From positions 15,991 to 79,990 of the forward strand of contig CAZOJT010000009.1 in assembly GCA_964580215.1 (NCBI GenBank): 64,000 bases of DNA, given 5' to 3'. Position 1 is the first letter of the stretch; each line of letters begins with the position of its first letter. A program made the position numbers and the translations under genes. Of this stretch, positions 61,183 to 64,000 are shown piece by piece. This DNA is from an uncultured Ignavibacteria bacterium (GTDB lineage: Bacteria; Zixibacteria; MSB-5A5; SM1-73). Below the pieces are notes generated by a model. It did no database searches, was not told the origin of the DNA, and saw nothing but the letters and a program-made list of their open reading frames with translations.

Positions 61183-61609
61183 TCCCTCCCGTCTTTTGAT
61201 CCCTGACCTGATTGGTTGAAGCCGTTTTCTTCTTCTCGTTTGAATCCAATGAGAGAACCCATCTTCCCAGAGCTTTCAAGAACATCACCACAAATAAGAG
61301 AGTGAATCCTGAAAGCAAACTAATGGCGGGGAAATAATTTATTCTTAACAGAAGATAGCCAGCCGCATACAGCAAGGGGAATTTAACCAGAGCTATTGCG
61401 ATGATTTTGCCTTTCCTGATCTCTTTGCCGGGCGAGAAGACTTCGGTGATCAGGTGGGTCAAGAACAGAAGATTTAAACATCCCCAAACAGTTCCCGCCA
61501 GAATACCCGCTCCAAATTGGAAACGATAATAAACGGTGACGAAAAGAAAACCCAAAACTGCTAACACCAGCGAGGTTTTTATCACTCTGTGAATAAATTC
61601 TACACCCAT
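61178..61609 (-). CDS. atpI: ATP synthase protein I (AtpI-like, 4 TM)
   Basis: Small hydrophobic protein immediately upstream of atpB. The start was placed at the internal ATG, because the annotated TTG-initiated N-terminus runs into a repeat. Confidence 0.55.
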   Translation of the reverse strand: MGVEFIHRVIKTSLVLAVLGFLFVTVYYRFQFGAGILAGTVWGCLNLLFLTHLITEVFSPGKEIRKGKIIAIALVKFPLLYAAGYLLLRINYFPAISLLSGFTLLFVVMFLKALGRWVLSLDSNEKKKTASTNQVRDQKTGGS

Positions 61610-61665
61610 AGTCAAAAATCCGGTTTTCTTAAAGGTCTGTAAAAAGCCACTGTAAAAGGGCAAAT

Positions 61666-61755
61666 TGGAGTGTTCACCTTTAGGTGAACCAGGTCAAGCT
61701 AAAGCTTGACACTCCAGCAAGGCCTTTTCAATTTGTTTTTTTTCAGAGCTCTTTA
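61666..61755. repeat. MITE-like element (GGAGTGTTCACCTTTAGGTGAACC…TCAAGCTAAAGCTTGACACTCCAGC…TTTTTTCAGAGCTC)
   Basis: Three consecutive hairpins flanked by GGAGTGT/ACACTCC. Confidence 0.6.
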
Positions 61756-61986
61756 TTATTTTGTTTGACTTGCCTTTTTGATTAGATTGTAAACTCCTTT
61801 TCCCGCCGCTGCTAATCCCAAGCATGTGAAAACGATCATCAGGTATGGGTCTGTACCCAGCTTCTTATCCAGGAATTTTCCGATCAACACTCCCAATATA
61901 GCTGCCACCATCATTAGTATAGGGATAGTGGTCAAAATCCCCATCTGACGGTAAGTCGAATACTTATCATCCTTTTTTTTGTTCAC
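61756..61986 (-). CDS. atpZ: AtpZ/AtpR-like small membrane protein (putative F-ATPase-associated subunit)
   Basis: 76 aa, 2 TM, in the first position of the atp operon. Confidence 0.55.
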   Translation of the reverse strand: MNKKKDDKYSTYRQMGILTTIPILMMVAAILGVLIGKFLDKKLGTDPYLMIVFTCLGLAAAGKGVYNLIKKASQTK

Positions 61987-62226
61987 GCTGTGAGAGTGCT
62001 CATTTTTTCTTCATTCGCCCAGCTTTTTGTCAAACAGAGCTTGCTCCTAAAGGTTTTTTATTATAATACCTCATATAAATCAAGTCAAGCATTTTTAGAA
62101 ACGCTTTTCTCCATAAACTGTGGTTTTCGAGGAATAAGGAGGTGAGGTGTTAATATCGCTTGTATTCTGCGAACTTACGAAAAACTTCGTCAATAGATAA
62201 ACAAACCCAATTGACAGTTAAGCGTT

Positions 62227-63312
62227 TTAAGAACGAGGTTTTTGGCGCTTGAAACCTTCTCGATCGAAGCGCTCGGCTGTTGCTTTTATCAATATGGGCC
62301 AGGCAATGGTGGCATCACAGAGCACCTCTGCCCACATTCCCCCCTCTTTTTTGGGGAGAAATTTTCCCCAGGAGACACCTTCGCTATAGGTGCATCCGGA
62401 AAGTCCACCCCAGTGCACAGGCTCCGGGCAGATTCTAACTCCGTATTTGAAACGATTCAATTCAGTTCCCTCACCGAACCTGCGATAGATAGCCTCCAGA
62501 TAAGGGGCCACCTGTTGGCTCCAATTTCTGGGAACCCCTCCCCCGATGGTGAAAATTCCGGTGTGCTTTGCCTGTTTGATTCTTCTGGCATAATCCTCTA
62601 AGTCAAGGAAGGGATCAAAACGAAGGGGAACTTTCCCTTGTTTTTGCCTTATCCGATTATAGATGGCGAAATCCAAGCCGAGCTCTGAGTCGGTGAAAGC
62701 GGGAATGTAGACCGGCACCCCTTTCTCCCAAGCACTCTTAAGAATTCCTTGCCCTTTCTCGTTTTTGGAGAGATACTCTCCCACTTTCTCTAAAAGTTGA
62801 AAACTTGAACAAGGAACCTGAGGATCTATTTCCTCCCAAATTTTGTCCAGAATCAGCCCGGTGTCAGTAAGATTTCTCTCAGCCTCGATGGTGTCGTAAA
62901 CCCGATTGTATCCATGTTTGAAAAGCTGGGTATCATTCCAGTTTCCCTCATATTTAAAGTGAGCGGCGCCCACATTTTCCACCAGACCGTGCATAACCAA
63001 GGCTCCGGTGGAAACCACGGCATCCAAAAAACCCCGATCGATCATCTCACATAAAACCAATCCCATCTTAGCCATGGTCATGGCTCCCGAGAAGGTGCCC
63101 ACGATGAAACATTCGGGATCTTTTAACATGGAGGTATACACTTCTAAAGCCTCACCCAAGTTTCTTGCCCCAAAAGCGGTATCCGCCATCTGAACCAGCA
63201 ATTCTTCGAAGCTAGTTACCTGTGAGAGATCCAGAGCCCGCAGAGGCTTGAGCCCATGAGTAAAGCCGTCCCCAAAATCATCAAGTTTTCTTATTTTCTC
63301 ATTCTCACTCAT
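62227..63312 (-). CDS. deoxyhypusine synthase-like (homospermidine synthase family) protein
   Basis: Full-length DHS-family protein (~360 aa) with a typical N-terminal region and glycine-rich NAD-binding segments. Confidence 0.75.
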   Translation of the reverse strand: MSENEKIRKLDDFGDGFTHGLKPLRALDLSQVTSFEELLVQMADTAFGARNLGEALEVYTSMLKDPECFIVGTFSGAMTMAKMGLVLCEMIDRGFLDAVVSTGALVMHGLVENVGAAHFKYEGNWNDTQLFKHGYNRVYDTIEAERNLTDTGLILDKIWEEIDPQVPCSSFQLLEKVGEYLSKNEKGQGILKSAWEKGVPVYIPAFTDSELGLDFAIYNRIRQKQGKVPLRFDPFLDLEDYARRIKQAKHTGIFTIGGGVPRNWSQQVAPYLEAIYRRFGEGTELNRFKYGVRICPEPVHWGGLSGCTYSEGVSWGKFLPKKEGGMWAEVLCDATIAWPILIKATAERFDREGFKRQKPRS

Positions 63313-63440
63313 TGCTATCGGGAATCACTTTTTAGTTTATTGGATATTGATTTTTTGCACCGTCCGAAAAATCTTTTCTATTATAGCCCACCTCATTTGT
63401 TAAGTCAAGATATTTCTGTGAGGTCTCTGAAGAACTACTT

Positions 63441-63478
63441 TAAAGGGCAAATTGGAGTGTTCACCTTTAGGTGGACCA
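63441..63478. repeat. partial copy (5' half) of the GGAGTGTTCACCTTTAGGTG MITE
   Basis: aaagggcaaattggagtgttcacctttaggtggacc is almost identical to 61651-61690. Confidence 0.4.
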
Positions 63479-64000
63479 GTAGAAATCTAATGTAGCGGGA
63501 ACCTTTAGGTCCCCATCATGGAAGGTCGAAATTCTTCTGAGGTAGAAGTGCATAATATGAGGTCAATCAAAATTAGAAATGAAGTTGAAGATAGGGGAGA
63601 GGTTTAAATCGATTACGATTGAAATATTATTGCTTCTTGTATTTTCAATGGAACGAATTCTGTGCCCGCCAGGTCCCCTGACCTGGCGGGAGCTGTCTGT
63701 CGGGTCGGGGACCCGGCAGGCACAGGGAAACGAAGAGGGAAGAATGTTTCATTTTTTATGCAAAATTCAATAATTCTCGAGGTTGAGAAGAAACTAAAAA
63801 AGAGGATAGTCAGTTGAGCAGTAAAAGCGAGGAACTCTCTTACTCAACTTGCTATCCTCGGAAGGATGGTTAAAAATTTCCTGCCCTGATTTTTTTATCG
63901 GCAATCTGTGCAATTTCTTAACAACTGAAATCTGTCTGCCTTCACCCCCCCCAAGGTCTTTATCCTTCTATCAATTTTACTAAGACCTTCCGACTGCGTG

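Overview
This is a 64 kb window of moderate-GC (~45%) bacterial chromosome. Type IX secretion C-terminal sorting domains, an M6-family metalloprotease domain, a full 14-subunit complex I and an MglA/MglB module suggest an uncultured FCB-group-like anaerobe; no phylum assignment is possible from sequence alone. Gene content, 5' to 3': (i) a minus-strand T9SS-related trio of a large secreted protein, a PorV/FadL-like outer-membrane beta-barrel, and an M6 metalloprotease with a Por C-terminal domain. (ii) A secreted double-dockerin/cohesin-like protein. (iii) A complete nuoABCDEFGHIJKLMN operon. (iv) A 1405-aa double-activase/2-hydroxyacyl-CoA-dehydratase-like fusion protein. (v) An EamA-family transporter. 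(vi) A block of secreted lipoproteins and lysine/arginine-rich proteins (FN3 lipoprotein, DUF4384-PEGA protein with basic tail, K-rich protein). (vii) A long co-directional cluster encoding a DUF4388/T2SSE_N-like protein, a small membrane protein, four Roadblock/LC7 proteins (one TPR-fused, one membrane-anchored, one clear MglB), an MglA GTPase with a long C-terminal extension, then PilB, PilT, PilC and a PAS histidine kinase. This is the most interesting candidate system. It looks like a type IV pilus polarity and extension/retraction switch with unusual domain fusions. (viii) A truncated beta-helix gene, two tandem BNR/Ycf48-like double-propeller lipoprotein paralogues with a duplicated promoter/5' end, and an orphan out-of-frame T9SS CTD remnant. 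(ix) A minus-strand F1Fo ATP synthase operon (atpZ-atpI-atpB-E-F-H-A-G-D-C) and deoxyhypusine synthase. Almost every intergenic gap, including those inside the nuo and atp operons, carries one of several repeat families. These are MITE-like elements with GGAGTGTC...GACACTCC ends, a ~125-bp CTCTGAAAAAG...CTTTTTCAGAG element, CCCCTCACC/GGAGAGG REP-like palindromes, GGTCAACGGAT and GGTTCAA tandem arrays, and short palindromes such as TGCGTATGCATTCATACGAAT and CCCGCCAAAGGCGGG. No rRNA, tRNA or CRISPR array was found.
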